Positions 39,922-51,955 of a stretch of 64,000 bases of DNA are shown here, piece by piece. Under the pieces are notes generated by a model. That model was given only the letters and a program-made list of their open reading frames with translations, searched no databases and was not told the origin of the DNA. Position 1 is the stretch's first letter. Each line of letters starts with the position of its first letter. The stretch spans positions 1 to 64,000 of the forward strand of contig JBEKIG010000007.1 of NCBI GenBank assembly GCA_050011875.1, given 5' to 3'. The position numbers and the translations under genes were made by a program. Source of the DNA: Nitrososphaeria archaeon. GTDB lineage: Archaea > Thermoproteota > Nitrososphaeria > JACIWG01.

Positions 39922-41067
39922 ATGACTGTTAAGAATATTGGAGTAGGAATGTTAGGTTACGCGTTTATGGGGAAAGCGCACTCTTATGCATTTAAGAATA
40001 TGCCTCTTTTCTTCTGGCCCCCTCCTGCGGTACCAGAGCTGGTTTCGATCTTTGGTAGAACGGATTCTAAAGTCGCGGAAGCCGCGCAAAACTTTGGGTT
40101 CAAAAAATATACAACCGATTGGCACGAGGTAATAGAGGATAAAGAAGTTGAAATTATCGATAACTGTCTTCCCAATGACATGCATCACGATATATCAATA
40201 GAAGCTATTGAAGCAGGCAAACATGTGATATGCGAGAAACCTCTTGCAATGAACAGTAGGCAGGCAAAGGAAATGTGGGATGTCGCAAGAAAGAACTCTG
40301 TAAAGTCTATGGTCGCTTTCAATTATAGATTTGTTCCAGCCGTTGGTCTAGCAAGGGAAATAGTAAGGTCAGAAAGACTGGGTAGGATCTACCATTTCAG
40401 GGCAAGATACCTTCAACAATGGCTTAGAAATCCTAACACTCCTCTAGTTTGGAGACTCGATAAAGAAAAGGCGGGAAGCGGACCTATAGGAGATCTTGGT
40501 AGCCACGTTTTTGACATCATTCGATTTGTAATGGGAGAAGTAAAAGCGGTTACAGCTATATCAAAGACGTTCGTCAAGGAAAGACCTTTGCCAACCGATA
40601 AAATGAAAAAGGGAAAGGTTTCTGTAGAAGATGCGTTTGAGTCCATCGTTGAGTTCGAGAATGGCGCAACAGGTACCGTTGAGGCATCGAGGATGGCAAC
40701 AGGGAGAAAGAATTATAATAACTTTGAGATCAATGGAGAAAAGGGTTCGATAGAATTCGATATGGAAAGGCTCAACGAACTTCGTTTCTATTCAGAAGAA
40801 GGTGATGTAAGTACGATTGGCTGGAATAATATTCTTGTGACAGAAAGCGTACACCCTTTCGTATCCCATTATTGGCCTTCGGGGCACGTAATCGGATGGG
40901 GAGATACATTCGTGAATGAGATATATCATTTTATGGACGTTGTAGTAAACGATAAAAGAGTCGATCCTATTGGTGCGACGTTCGAGGATGGCTACAAGAA
41001 TAATGTAATATTAGATGCTATCATACAATCTACGTTAACAGGTAAAAAAACACCTATAGTGTTCTAA
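39922..41067 (+). CDS. Gfo/Idh/MocA-family sugar oxidoreductase
   Basis: GYAFMGKAHS, CEKP, FNYR, GDLGSH. Confidence 0.92.
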   Translation: MTVKNIGVGMLGYAFMGKAHSYAFKNMPLFFWPPPAVPELVSIFGRTDSKVAEAAQNFGFKKYTTDWHEVIEDKEVEIIDNCLPNDMHHDISIEAIEAGKHVICEKPLAMNSRQAKEMWDVARKNSVKSMVAFNYRFVPAVGLAREIVRSERLGRIYHFRARYLQQWLRNPNTPLVWRLDKEKAGSGPIGDLGSHVFDIIRFVMGEVKAVTAISKTFVKERPLPTDKMKKGKVSVEDAFESIVEFENGATGTVEASRMATGRKNYNNFEINGEKGSIEFDMERLNELRFYSEEGDVSTIGWNNILVTESVHPFVSHYWPSGHVIGWGDTFVNEIYHFMDVVVNDKRVDPIGATFEDGYKNNVILDAIIQSTLTGKKTPIVF

Positions 41068-41128
41068 TGACGTAAACACTTTACGATAACGTATATTAAA
41101 TCGCAAAAAAATATGTTCTTAAAGGAGA

Positions 41129-43186
41129 ATGTTAAGTATGAATAAACTAGATAATTTATGCGTTAATACTCTACGCTTCCTATCGGTTGATGAAGTTGAG
41201 CAAGCTCATTCAGGTCACCCAGGGCTGCCCTTGGGGGCTGCACCCATGATGTACGTTTTGTGGGATCACTTCCTTCGTTTCAACAGCTCTAACCCTTTAT
41301 GGGTCAACAGAGACCGCTTTGTTCTATCTCCGGGACACGGTTGCGCATTACTCTACGCCCTATTACATGTATACGGTTATGATTTACCCTTAGAGGAGCT
41401 CAAAAGGTTCCGTCAATGGGGAAGTAAGACGCCAGGTCATCCAGAATATGGGCTTACGCCAGGCGTAGAAGCGACGACAGGTCCTCTAGGTCAAGGCTTT
41501 GCAAACGGCGTTGGGATGGCCATAGCAGAAAACTTCTTGTCAAGCTGTTTCAATATGCCTGACTATCCTGTAATTGATCACCGCACATACGTAATCTTAT
41601 CCGACGGAGATCTTATGGAAGGTATTGGTTCAGAGGCAGCTTCTTTAGCCGGCCTTTTACGCTTAGGTAAGCTCATCTGCCTTTACGATGACAACCACAT
41701 ATCCCTTGAAGGCCCAACAAGCCTAGCGTTTACAGAAAATGTGCAAGCCCGATTTGAGGCTTATGGCTGGTACGTCTTACAAGTCTCAGACGGTAACGAT
41801 CTTGAAAGTATAGAAAACGCTATCAGAATGGCTCAGGCTCAAAAAGATAAGCCCTCCCTAATTATAGTTCGTACCCACATAGGGTATGGAAGCCCAAGAC
41901 AGGACACAAAAGAGGCTCACGGCGAACCTTTAGGTCCAGAAGGCGCTATGGCGACCAAGAAAACCCTTGGATGGCCAGCCGAGCCTCTGTTCTACATTCC
42001 GGAAGAAGCTATGGATCACTTCAAAGAAACTGCCCAAAAGAAGATACAACATGAGAAAGACTGGAATAAACTAATGGAGGACTACGATCAAAAGTTCCCA
42101 GACCTAGCCGAACAATTATGGAAGGTGATAAGAGGCGAGCTACCCGATGACTGGAGAAGCTTCCTGCCTAGCTTTATGCCAGAAGAAGGCCCAATGGCAA
42201 CCCGCAACGCTTCTAACAAAGTTATGAATGTGCTATCTCAAAAACTACATTCTGCAGGGACTGCTCCACACCACTTCTTGGTTGGAGGCTCAGCGGATCT
42301 TTCACCATCCACTAAAACCATTCTATCAGGTTACGGAGACTTCGGTTTTGGCCAAGCATGTTCCCATAACATACATTTTGGGGTTCGCGAGCACGCCATG
42401 GCGGCTATCGCAAACGGAATGGCACTCCATAGCAAGTTTATCCCTTACACTGCAACATTCTTGATCTTCTCAGACTACATGCGCCCTGCCCTTCGCCTTT
42501 CAGCGCTCATGCAAACGCATGTTATTTTCATATTTACACACGACAGCATCGCCTTAGGCCAAGATGGCCCAACACACCAGCCAGTAGAGCATCTAATGAG
42601 CTTGCGAGCAATGCCGGGTATGACGGTCATACGACCAGCGGACGCAAACGAAACTTCTACAGCATGGCAAATCGCCATCGAACGCCGAGGTCCAGTTGCC
42701 TTGGTATTCACACGTCAAGAGCTTCCGATACTAGATCCTAAGCTTTATCCGATAGGAGAAGGAGTTCATAAAGGCGCCTACATCCTTTCAGAGCCCAAAG
42801 CAGCGATACCAGATATAATCCTTATAGCGACAGGATCAGAAGTTCATCTAGCCCTTGCATCTAGCCATGAATTGCAGAAAAAAGGAATTAAAACGCGTGT
42901 GGTTTCAATGCCTTCATGGGCTATTTTTGAAGAACAGCCAGTCGATTACAGACGATACGTTCTACCTCCCGATGTGCCCAAGTTAGCTATTGAAGCAGGC
43001 TCGACATTAGGTTGGTGCAAATACGTAGGCTACGACGGCGACATTATAGGCTTGGACCGATTTGGAGCCTCAGCTCCAGGAAACATTGTGTATGAACAGT
43101 TAGGTTTTAATGTACAAAACGTTGTCGAACACGCATTAAGATTATTAGACGAAATCGGTAAAACCAAAGTAGGTGATAAAAAATGA
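41129..43186 (+). CDS. tkt: Transketolase (full-length, bacterial type)
   Basis: [46 protein letters not shown]. Confidence 0.96.
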   Translation: MLSMNKLDNLCVNTLRFLSVDEVEQAHSGHPGLPLGAAPMMYVLWDHFLRFNSSNPLWVNRDRFVLSPGHGCALLYALLHVYGYDLPLEELKRFRQWGSKTPGHPEYGLTPGVEATTGPLGQGFANGVGMAIAENFLSSCFNMPDYPVIDHRTYVILSDGDLMEGIGSEAASLAGLLRLGKLICLYDDNHISLEGPTSLAFTENVQARFEAYGWYVLQVSDGNDLESIENAIRMAQAQKDKPSLIIVRTHIGYGSPRQDTKEAHGEPLGPEGAMATKKTLGWPAEPLFYIPEEAMDHFKETAQKKIQHEKDWNKLMEDYDQKFPDLAEQLWKVIRGELPDDWRSFLPSFMPEEGPMATRNASNKVMNVLSQKLHSAGTAPHHFLVGGSADLSPSTKTILSGYGDFGFGQACSHNIHFGVREHAMAAIANGMALHSKFIPYTATFLIFSDYMRPALRLSALMQTHVIFIFTHDSIALGQDGPTHQPVEHLMSLRAMPGMTVIRPADANETSTAWQIAIERRGPVALVFTRQELPILDPKLYPIGEGVHKGAYILSEPKAAIPDIILIATGSEVHLALASSHELQKKGIKTRVVSMPSWAIFEEQPVDYRRYVLPPDVPKLAIEAGSTLGWCKYVGYDGDIIGLDRFGASAPGNIVYEQLGFNVQNVVEHALRLLDEIGKTKVGDKK

Positions 43187-45957
43187 GTTCTTTAAAAAAA
43201 TTGCGTAATTATGGTCAGTCGTTCTGGATGGACTATATAAGACGAAGCCTTATAACAAGTGGGGAGCTGAAACACCTTGTAGAAGAAGACGGGTTAAGTG
43301 GTGTGACCAGTAATCCGACGATTTTCCAGAAAGCTATCGCCGGAAGCTTAGACTACGATGAAACGATAAGAAAGCTTCTCGCAGAATATCCCAATATTAA
43401 CGTACGAACATTGTTTGAGAAACTGTTGATCGAAGATATTCTGATGGTCGCAGACGTCCTGAGACCTGTCTACGATAGGACAGACGGCACAGATGGTTTT
43501 GTAAATATCGAACTGTCTCCTGAACTATCGCATGATACCAATGGAAGCATTATTGAAGCGCGTCGTTTATGGAAGGAAATTAACCGTCCAAATGTTATGA
43601 TAAAGGTTCCGGCTACGAATGAGGGAGTCCCTGCAATTGAAACACTGACAGCAGAGGGCATTAACGTGAACATCACCCTCATGTTCTCAATATCACAGTA
43701 CGAGTCTGTTGCTAACGCGTACATACGAGGATTAGAGCGCTGCACTAACCCTGAAAAAATATCTTCAGTGGCCTCATTCTTCTTAAGCCGCATCGATACA
43801 GTCGTCGATAAAAGGCTTGAAGAAATAGCTACATCCGAAGCTCTTGCGCTAAGGGGAAAAGCGGCTATTGTGACTGCGAAAATAGTCTACAGAAGGTTCC
43901 AAGAGATATTTAGTGGTGAACGCTGGGAAAAAATCTCACGAAGAGGAGCAAGAGTACAACGTGTTTTGTGGGCTAGTACAGGCACAAAGAATCCAACTTA
44001 TTCCAATGTCCACTACATCGAACCACTTATAGGCCCAAATACTATCAACACAATGCCGATTTCGACCTTCAACGCTTTCCGCGATCACGGGCATGTGAAA
44101 TCAACTATAGGTATAGGATTAGAAGAGGCAAAAGCTATATTTAAAAAATTAGGTGAACTGAAAATAGACTTGGATGCCGAAGCTGAGAAACTACAAGTGG
44201 ACGGCATTGCCGCGTTTACAGAATCGTACGAGGGACTGCTAAATACCTTAAAGGAGAAAACCTTAGCGATAACGCGAAAAATAGATTTGCACGAGTTAGA
44301 GCTTGGAAAATTCCAGGAGAAGGTAGATAGACGTCTAGAGCAATGGAATATGATCAATTTTATGAGGAGGATTTGGGCAAGGGATCCCACACTGTGGTCC
44401 TCTGAACCGATACCTGAGGTCTCAGACCGTTTGGGTTGGCTTACTTTGCCGGAGATTATGCACGACCAGATAAAAGATTTTACTTCATTCGCCGGAGAAG
44501 TAAAATCAGAAGGAACACGACATGTAGTTCTGCTGGGAATGGGAGGATCGAGCCTAGCTCCTGAGGTCTATCAGAACGTCTTCGGAAACAAAGACGGCTT
44601 CCCAAAGTTGATGGTCCTAGATAGCACACACCCATCAGCCATAAAAGATGTTGAGAAAAGGATTGTCTTACAGAAAACCCTGTTTTTGGTTTCAAGCAAA
44701 TCAGGAACTACAATGGAGACGCTCTCCCTCTTCTATTACTTCTGGAACAAAGTAAAAGGAGCAAACTCGAATGCGGGGCGACAATTTGTAGCAATCACGG
44801 ATCAAGGCACTTTCTTGGATAAAATGGCTAAGGAGCGGAATTTCCGCAAAATTTTTCGCGCACCTCTTGATGTGGGGGGAAGGTACTCCGCTTTAACAGC
44901 TTTCGGCCTTTTGCCGGCAGCGCTCATCGGTGTCGACATTCACAGCCTATTGGACGATGCTTGGACTATGTCTGAAAACTGTGCTTTCTGTGTGCCTGCC
45001 GATAAAGCATCCTGCTCCGTATTGGGCGCGGCTCTTGGAGAGTTGGCAAGAGAGGGCATGGATAAAGTAACTTTTATTACCTCGCCATCGATAAAGAGCT
45101 TCCCTGTATGGCTGGAACAGCTTATTGCTGAAAGCACGGGGAAGGATGGTAGAGGAATAATACCGATTGTTGATGAACCGTTAACTGACCTAAGAAACTA
45201 CGGTGAAGATCGATTCTTTGTCTTCTTTCTAAACAGGAGCGAAGGCCTTGAACCCCGAGAGCTGATGAGCAGGCTCGAAGCATCTGGACACCCCATAATA
45301 CGTATAGACTTGAACGGAAACGTCAACATATCTCAAGAAATCTTCTGCTGGGAGATGGCTGTCGCTTCGGCGGGGACCATTTTAGGCGTCAATCCCTTTA
45401 ATCAGCCCGATGTGCAGGGAGCAAAAGATCTTGCTAAAGAAATGATGGAGAAGGCGAAAAATGGGGAACTAGGTGACGCATATTCCTATGCTACATCAAT
45501 TCAGGACCTTGATTCCCTACTTAAAGCCTTAAAAGTTCTTCTTAGTCAGGCCAATAAAGGCGATTACGTTGCTATACAGGCATTCCTGCCAAGCTCTGAC
45601 GAAACTTCAAAAGCTCTTCAAAGGCTGCGTTCAGAAATCCTGAATAGATTACATCTGGCAACAATGTTGGGCTATGGCCCTAGGTATTTACATTCAACCG
45701 GCCAGCTTCATAAGGGTGGACCTAAAAGCGGAATATTTCTACAGATCGTAAACGAATACGATGACGACTTAGAGGTTCCGGAAACGGAATACACTTTTGG
45801 CACACTAATTCAAGCTCAAGCATTAGGCGAATATCAGACACTAAAGCGAATGGGACGAAGAATTTTGTGCGTCAACCTAAAAAAAGGTACTTTAGAAGGG
45901 CTTTTCAAATTGACTGAAATGATAGGCGAAGTCGACGTGCAAATCAAAAATGGGTGA
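43183..45957 (+). CDS. tal-pgi: Bifunctional transaldolase/glucose-6-phosphate isomerase
   Basis: N-half [23 protein letters not shown]; C-half GMGGSSL, SSKSGTT, VGGRYS, AESTGK, NPFNQP. Confidence 0.94.
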   Translation: MSSLKKLRNYGQSFWMDYIRRSLITSGELKHLVEEDGLSGVTSNPTIFQKAIAGSLDYDETIRKLLAEYPNINVRTLFEKLLIEDILMVADVLRPVYDRTDGTDGFVNIELSPELSHDTNGSIIEARRLWKEINRPNVMIKVPATNEGVPAIETLTAEGINVNITLMFSISQYESVANAYIRGLERCTNPEKISSVASFFLSRIDTVVDKRLEEIATSEALALRGKAAIVTAKIVYRRFQEIFSGERWEKISRRGARVQRVLWASTGTKNPTYSNVHYIEPLIGPNTINTMPISTFNAFRDHGHVKSTIGIGLEEAKAIFKKLGELKIDLDAEAEKLQVDGIAAFTESYEGLLNTLKEKTLAITRKIDLHELELGKFQEKVDRRLEQWNMINFMRRIWARDPTLWSSEPIPEVSDRLGWLTLPEIMHDQIKDFTSFAGEVKSEGTRHVVLLGMGGSSLAPEVYQNVFGNKDGFPKLMVLDSTHPSAIKDVEKRIVLQKTLFLVSSKSGTTMETLSLFYYFWNKVKGANSNAGRQFVAITDQGTFLDKMAKERNFRKIFRAPLDVGGRYSALTAFGLLPAALIGVDIHSLLDDAWTMSENCAFCVPADKASCSVLGAALGELAREGMDKVTFITSPSIKSFPVWLEQLIAESTGKDGRGIIPIVDEPLTDLRNYGEDRFFVFFLNRSEGLEPRELMSRLEASGHPIIRIDLNGNVNISQEIFCWEMAVASAGTILGVNPFNQPDVQGAKDLAKEMMEKAKNGELGDAYSYATSIQDLDSLLKALKVLLSQANKGDYVAIQAFLPSSDETSKALQRLRSEILNRLHLATMLGYGPRYLHSTGQLHKGGPKSGIFLQIVNEYDDDLEVPETEYTFGTLIQAQALGEYQTLKRMGRRILCVNLKKGTLEGLFKLTEMIGEVDVQIKNG

Positions 45958-45960
45958 TAA

Positions 45961-46872
45961 TTGATGGAATTAGGGGTTGTAGGACTTGGAAGAATGGGCT
46001 CAAATATAGCAGAGAGGCTTGTCCGCAGCGGATTCAGAGTTGTTGGTTACGCTCGACATGCAGAGACAGTTAATAGCGTTGTTGATAAAGGAATAGTTGG
46101 AGCCTACTCCTTAGAAGAGCTGGTGCAAAAATTGAATTTCCCACGTATCATCTGGATAATGATTCCAGCGGGAGAGTCGGTGGACACGGTCATCCAACGG
46201 CTGACTCCTATGCTATCTAAAGGAGATATTTTGGTGGACGGTGGAAACTCTAACTATAAAGATAGCATACGCAGGGCTTCGGAACTAAGTGAAGAAGGGA
46301 TCAATTTTGTAGACGTAGGAACCAGCGGCGGAATATGGGGAGCGCAAGAAGGTTATTGCATGATGGTAGGTGGACAAAAGGAAGTAGTTGAACATCTTAC
46401 CCCAATCTTTAAGGCTCTAGCGCCTGGGCCAGATAAAGGCTGGGGGCACGTGGGCCCAAACGGCGCAGGCCATTTCGTTAAAATGGTCCATAACGGTGTA
46501 GAATACGGGCTTATGGAAGCCTTCGGAGAAGGATTCACTATTCTTAAACAGAAAAAAGAGTTTAGCCTAGACCTTAAACAGGTGAGTGAAATCTGGCGCT
46601 ATGGTAGTGTAATAAGGTCATGGCTTCTTGACCTGATAGCTCTCGCACTGGCTGAAGACCAAGGCCTGAAAGACATCAAACCCTATGTAACAGATTCCGG
46701 GGAGGGGCGATGGACTGTATTTGAAGCCATAGAAGAGAATGTGTCAGCACCCGTAATAACTATTTCGCTGCTACAACGTCTTCGCTCTAGAGACAATGAG
46801 GACTTTACTGATAGATTAATAGCGATTATGCGTCAGCAGTTTGGTGGGCATGATGTCAAACGAAGTGAATAA
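45961..46872 (+). CDS. gnd: 6-phosphogluconate dehydrogenase (short decarboxylating type)
   Basis: GLGRMG, DGGNS, GHFVKMVHNGVEYG, SGEGRW, FGGH. Confidence 0.94.
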   Translation: MMELGVVGLGRMGSNIAERLVRSGFRVVGYARHAETVNSVVDKGIVGAYSLEELVQKLNFPRIIWIMIPAGESVDTVIQRLTPMLSKGDILVDGGNSNYKDSIRRASELSEEGINFVDVGTSGGIWGAQEGYCMMVGGQKEVVEHLTPIFKALAPGPDKGWGHVGPNGAGHFVKMVHNGVEYGLMEAFGEGFTILKQKKEFSLDLKQVSEIWRYGSVIRSWLLDLIALALAEDQGLKDIKPYVTDSGEGRWTVFEAIEENVSAPVITISLLQRLRSRDNEDFTDRLIAIMRQQFGGHDVKRSE

Positions 46873-48346
46873 GGGTTCAAGAACCTCGCTGGACCCACAT
46901 ATATTCGTAATTTTTGGGGCCACCGGTAACCTCACCCGTAGAAAGCTGTTTCCCGTCATTTACAACCTATCAGCGAAGGGCACGTTACAGAAAAAGAACA
47001 TCATACTAGGTGTAGCACACAAGCAGGATCAAAATGATCAAAGCTTTCGAATTGAGGGGCTAGAAGTTCTGAGAAACTCAGGTTTACCGACAGACGACAA
47101 ATTGTATCAGGAATGGTGCAATGAATGCCTCTACTACCAATCAATAGGAAAGGAAAGCATGGAAGACTTCGAAAAACTTGCTGTGCGGATAAAGGTTCTT
47201 GAGCAGGAAAGAAAAATCCCAGGTAACAGAATATTATATATGGCGATTCCTCCCGAATCTTTTTTGAGCACTATCGAGAACTTGGCGAAGGTCGGGCTTA
47301 ACACTAGTGAAGGATGGACCAGATTGGTTGTTGAGAAGCCTTTTGGAGTTAACCTTAGTTCAGCCCAAGAGTTAAATATAACACTCCATCGTCACTTCGA
47401 TGAATCACAGATATTTCGGATAGACCATTTCCTAGGCAAGGAAACAGTTCAAAACTTAATGGTGTTCCGTTTTGGAAACACACTGTTCGAAGAGCTTTGG
47501 AACCGTGAGCACATAGAAAGCGTGCAGATCACGGTCGCTGAAGAAGTAGGGATTGAGGGAAGAGCAAAGCTGTACGAGCAAGTCGGAGCATTAGGGGACA
47601 TCGTTCAAAACCATCTTGCACAAATCTTGACACTTGTAGCGATGGAGAACCCTGAACTTTATGAAACCGATGCAATTCGCTACGAAAAACTGAAAGTTCT
47701 GCGTCAGATCAGACCGATCAATCCCGAAGACGTGGTATTCGGGCAGTATACTCATGGAATAGTTGAAGGTCAAGAGGTAAAAGGTTACAGAGAAGAGACT
47801 GGCATCCCTCAGAACTCGCAGATGAATACGTTTGCTTGCATGAAGTTGGAGGTCGCCAACTGGCGTTGGAAAGGTGTCCCATTCTACATTCGAGCAGGTA
47901 AACGCTTACCTAGGAGACTTACAGAAGTGATGATCAGATTCCACGCTCCTCCGGTCTCTCTCTTCCGCTCCTTTGAATCGATTTCTTCCATAAAACCTAA
48001 CATACTAACTATAATCCTGCAGCCGGATGAAGGTTTTGAGCTTCAGTTTCAGGTGAAAATGGTTGGGTTTCCTGTCAACCTTTCAACTCAGAGATTGCAC
48101 TTCAGATACGCTGAATCATTTGGGCCTCTACCTGACGCCTACGAAAACCTTCTCCTTGAGATTGTAAGGGGAAATCAAACACATTTCGTAAACTCGGAGA
48201 TGGTTTTAGAATCTTGGAGGATCTTTGATCCCCTAATCCGAATGAGCATCCCGGTTTATCCCTATCCCGCAGGTACATGGGGGCCATCGGAGGCTGATGA
48301 ACTTTTAAGAAGATACAAAGAGACATGGGAAAACAGATTAGATTAG
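46853..48346 (+). CDS. zwf: Glucose-6-phosphate 1-dehydrogenase (bacterial Zwf type)
   Basis: IFGATGNL, EKPFG, RIDHFLGKE, DIVQNH, RWKGVPFYIRAGK. Confidence 0.95.
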   Translation: MSNEVNKGSRTSLDPHIFVIFGATGNLTRRKLFPVIYNLSAKGTLQKKNIILGVAHKQDQNDQSFRIEGLEVLRNSGLPTDDKLYQEWCNECLYYQSIGKESMEDFEKLAVRIKVLEQERKIPGNRILYMAIPPESFLSTIENLAKVGLNTSEGWTRLVVEKPFGVNLSSAQELNITLHRHFDESQIFRIDHFLGKETVQNLMVFRFGNTLFEELWNREHIESVQITVAEEVGIEGRAKLYEQVGALGDIVQNHLAQILTLVAMENPELYETDAIRYEKLKVLRQIRPINPEDVVFGQYTHGIVEGQEVKGYREETGIPQNSQMNTFACMKLEVANWRWKGVPFYIRAGKRLPRRLTEVMIRFHAPPVSLFRSFESISSIKPNILTIILQPDEGFELQFQVKMVGFPVNLSTQRLHFRYAESFGPLPDAYENLLLEIVRGNQTHFVNSEMVLESWRIFDPLIRMSIPVYPYPAGTWGPSEADELLRRYKETWENRLD

Positions 48347-48375
48347 ACTTTAACAGCTTCTTGTAGAACATGCGA

Positions 48376-49009
48376 TCAAAGCGCAACTACGGCGTCTTCC
48401 AGTTCTTTTATCGCCTTGTCCACATCATCACTTTTAAAAATATAAAAGTCTGAAACAAAAACTTGAAGCTCCATAGTTTCTTGCTGGAGCAGTGTTACTA
48501 GGGTTTAAGCAGCCGTCAACTTCCAAAGGGATAGCGCAATCAACAGATCTGAGTCTTCTTATCTTTTCCAGATTTTTAGGAAGAAACTCCTCACAGTAAT
48601 TCCTAGGTTCACCGGTCATTATCCGTATGCCATCGACCATTTTTATATATGGCAAAACAACGTCGACTATTGTTGTATGCCTCAAAGATAGATAAATCTC
48701 TCTTCCACTATTCCTTAAATCATTTATGGAATATTCGACATTCTTCACCTATTCCGTGTGAACGATGGCGATATTAACTTACCAAACGTTCTTCTATATC
48801 CACTCCAAGGGTTTCCTGACCATCAAATGAGCCTCACAGTCAAGACTTTAAGTAAGCTTGAAATCGGATTGAAGCTAGACCTTGGGAACGAATTCGTCGT
48901 CAATTATATCATGTTGAACCCTCTTTATTTTATCAATAACTTGGTTCATCATCGAGCACAAGTATCTTTGTGCCTCTGCTATTATGGCTGGCAATACAAG
49001 AGTTTCCGT
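48376..49009 (-). pseudogene. rpe: Ribulose-phosphate 3-epimerase remnant
   Basis: VLPAII...VQHDIIDDEFVP...EAHLMVRKP...IMTGEP...LEVDGCLN; several stops and frameshifts, start decayed to ACG. Confidence 0.85.
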
Positions 49010-49088
49010 TAGGCTTGCTTAGCCTCTGATCAAGAATATCTATTACTTTAGATCAAAAGAACACTGACGATGAGCGCAGGATAAGAGG

Positions 49089-49763
49089 TCACGCCTCTAT
49101 TACAATAGAACGAGTCTTAGCTCCAAGCTGTTTTAAAAGGTTCGTCATATCTTCGACAAAAGGGTCTGGTCCACAAACATAAAAGTTCTGTTTGAAGCCC
49201 TTAACCTTCTCTTTTAGAAAATCTCCATTTATCCTGCCACTTTCGTATCCTGCCCTTCTTTCTCTAGTCAGAGTAAAGATCAAGTTTTCACTGTTCTCTC
49301 GGAACAGTGTCCTTAATTCGTTTTCCAGAATTATGTCATCATAAGTTTTGTTCGAAGATATTAGGGTGTTTCCAGCTATCTCTCCGTCCTTCTTCAACCT
49401 CCTAAGTATCGCTATGAAAGGAGTGATCCCTGCGCCTCCGGCGATAAATACACCAGGACCTGCATACTGAATGGTTCCAAATGGCTCCCTTATTATCAAC
49501 TCTGACCCCGGCTCTAGTTTATGCAGTTGATCGGTTACACCTTTATGTTCAGGATACCTTTTAATGGTGAACTCGAGGACAAGGTCCTCGTTTAGAGAGG
49601 TGAAGGTGAACTCTCTAAGCTTTCTCGTCCATCCAGCTTTATTTATTGACATAAGTGTGGCTTGCCCTGGAATATAATGAAGTCCTTTTGGCTTCTCCAG
49701 AACAAACCTTTTAACATCATGTGTAACCTGCTCTGTCATAAGAATTTTTACAACCTGCCTCAT
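49089..49763 (-). CDS. FNR-like FAD/NAD(P)-binding oxidoreductase
   Basis: PGQA, REFTFTS, IAGGAGITPF, YVCGP. Confidence 0.9.
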   Translation of the reverse strand: MRQVVKILMTEQVTHDVKRFVLEKPKGLHYIPGQATLMSINKAGWTRKLREFTFTSLNEDLVLEFTIKRYPEHKGVTDQLHKLEPGSELIIREPFGTIQYAGPGVFIAGGAGITPFIAILRRLKKDGEIAGNTLISSNKTYDDIILENELRTLFRENSENLIFTLTRERRAGYESGRINGDFLKEKVKGFKQNFYVCGPDPFVEDMTNLLKQLGAKTRSIVIEA

Positions 49764-50011
49764 AATTGAGTGAAGGTGTATTCTCGTTTAAAAATGTTTA
49801 TCTTGAAGGCCGCAAGAGATTTCACACAAAAAGATCACCATGGTCTTTCCATTGTTTGTTCTATACTTTGGCAGACCACACGACTCGTAGGCTTGAATAT
49901 CCTTTGAGTTTGTCGAGGTACTTGATAACGCTCACGATAAAGATAATATGAGATAATAATATAAGATGGCACGATTTTTATCGCAAATCAAGTCTTTAAT
50001 GTTTAAGACCG

Positions 50012-50785
50012 TCATTCTATGATCCTTCTAATCGTTACAGAGGCTATGGCCAAGAACAGTACAGTAAAGGCTACGAGGACTGCAATATCAACAAGAAGAT
50101 TGGAGTAGTCTCCCGTAAGAAGCATAGCTCTTACCGCGTCGACGACGTAACTCAGCGGGTTGAATTTTGATATGAACTGCAGCCAGCTGGGCATCAAAGA
50201 AATAGGGTAGATAGCGTTACTAGCGAAGAAAAGTGGCATTGTTATCGCCTGACCAATGCCCATCATACGATCACGAGTTTTAAGGAAGGAAGCAAGGATC
50301 ATCGATAAACTGGAGACGCACATGGCAAATACGACGATCACCGCAAGAACGCCCAATTCATCCAATGGATCGAACCTTAGGTTAACGCCGATTATCAGCG
50401 CTAGGGCGAAGATCATAACAGCCTGGAACAACCCTCTAACACTTGCCGACAACGCCTTCCCAACTATGATCGAAGACCGAGGCGAAGGTGTTGATAACAG
50501 CTTGCTAAGTATACCCGTGTCCCTCTCCCAGACAACAGTTATTCCATAGAAGATGGCTACGAACAGAACCGACTGAGCTAACACCCCCGGTGTAATAAAT
50601 TGAGTGTAGGTGAAATTTCCTATAAACTGAGTGATCCCTTTGATAGCACTAAACACTGTCCCGAACAACAGAAGCCAGAGGGCGGGTTGAACAAGACGTG
50701 TCCATAATTCTGTGGAGTCATGGCGTATCTTTCTAGCCTCCATCTCTGCTATAGTAAGCGAGCTACTAATGAATTCTCTGAACAT
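50012..50785 (-). CDS. ABC-2 exporter permease (DrrB-like)
   Basis: VQPALWLLLFG, PGVLAQ, NPLSYVVDAVR; about six TM helices. Confidence 0.92.
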   Translation of the reverse strand: MFREFISSSLTIAEMEARKIRHDSTELWTRLVQPALWLLLFGTVFSAIKGITQFIGNFTYTQFITPGVLAQSVLFVAIFYGITVVWERDTGILSKLLSTPSPRSSIIVGKALSASVRGLFQAVMIFALALIIGVNLRFDPLDELGVLAVIVVFAMCVSSLSMILASFLKTRDRMMGIGQAITMPLFFASNAIYPISLMPSWLQFISKFNPLSYVVDAVRAMLLTGDYSNLLVDIAVLVAFTVLFLAIASVTIRRIIE

Positions 50786-50791
50786 GGTTTC

Positions 50792-51808
50792 TCAACCCCC
50801 ATGTCTCATGAAGCTCCGTCGAGTTTGGCGCGTCTGGCTAAGACTCTCTGCCTCTTCTATTCTGACTTTGGCGTATTTTAGGAATACATCATCTAAGCTC
50901 GGTTTATTCAAGGAAATAGCCTCCACATTAGACCCTTGGGACTCGAAAAATTCTACGATCCTCGGTATTGCTTCTTCCCCGCTATTGGTCAAAATATCGA
51001 CTATTCCTCCTGCGTTTCGGACAACCTTCCCTATCTCGGCCAGGAGCAAAGCACTATCAAAACTTCCGCCAAGCTTAACTGTGACCATGTCACCCCCCAC
51101 ACTCTTCTTCAATTCTCTTGAGGTGCCTGAGGCAACGAACTTTCCCTCGTTCATAATCACTATCCTACTGCACAGCTCGTCGGCTTCACTCATATCGTGG
51201 GTTGTAATAATTACTGTCATGTTGAATTCCTTGTTCAGATTTTTGATGTTCTCCCACACCTGTCTCTTAGAAGACGGATCTAGGCCTATACTCGGCTCAT
51301 CAAGGAATAATACGCGAGGTCTACTAACCACCGCCTCCGCAATCTCTAGCCTCCTCATCATACCACCCGAGTAGTGTTTGACCAAATCATTAGCCCTGTC
51401 GACGAGCCCCATCTGCTGAAGTGCTCGAGCAATCCTCTCATCCCTATCCTTCTTGCTTACATGGAACAGTTTAGAGAAGATTAGAAGGTTCTCGTAGCCC
51501 GTTAAATCGCCGTCAGCTGAAATAGCCTGCGGTACATAGCCCATCATTTGCCTTGCTTTTGTAGGTGAACCTAATGCATCGATTCCGCAGATCTTGATAG
51601 ATCCTGACGTAGTTCTTGTCAGCCCCATTATCATCTTAATAATCGTCGTCTTACCGGCGCCATTTGGCCCTAGGAGGCCGAAGATCTCTCCTTCTTGTAC
51701 CGAAAAATTCACATCATCGACAGCCCTGAAATTTGGTGGATAGATCTTAGTTAGGTCGACTACTTGTATGGCTGCATTTTGTTCAACTTGAGTGATGGGT
51801 TCCATCAA
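50792..51808 (-). CDS. ABC exporter ATP-binding protein (DrrA-like)
   Basis: GPNGAGKTT, YSGGM, LFLDEP, PSLDDVFL. Confidence 0.94.
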   Translation of the reverse strand: MMEPITQVEQNAAIQVVDLTKIYPPNFRAVDDVNFSVQEGEIFGLLGPNGAGKTTIIKMIMGLTRTTSGSIKICGIDALGSPTKARQMMGYVPQAISADGDLTGYENLLIFSKLFHVSKKDRDERIARALQQMGLVDRANDLVKHYSGGMMRRLEIAEAVVSRPRVLFLDEPSIGLDPSSKRQVWENIKNLNKEFNMTVIITTHDMSEADELCSRIVIMNEGKFVASGTSRELKKSVGGDMVTVKLGGSFDSALLLAEIGKVVRNAGGIVDILTNSGEEAIPRIVEFFESQGSNVEAISLNKPSLDDVFLKYAKVRIEEAESLSQTRQTRRSFMRHGG

Positions 51809-51955
51809 ATGTGCACCATCACATTGTTTAATTAAAGATATGTATTTTTGATTAGATCTTCTATGCAGAGAATTTTCTTGAAGGATGGACCGTAGATAGA
51901 ATAGTACAGCTGACGGTCCTTCACTTAGAAAAATATTGCCTTCAAAGCATTAAAG

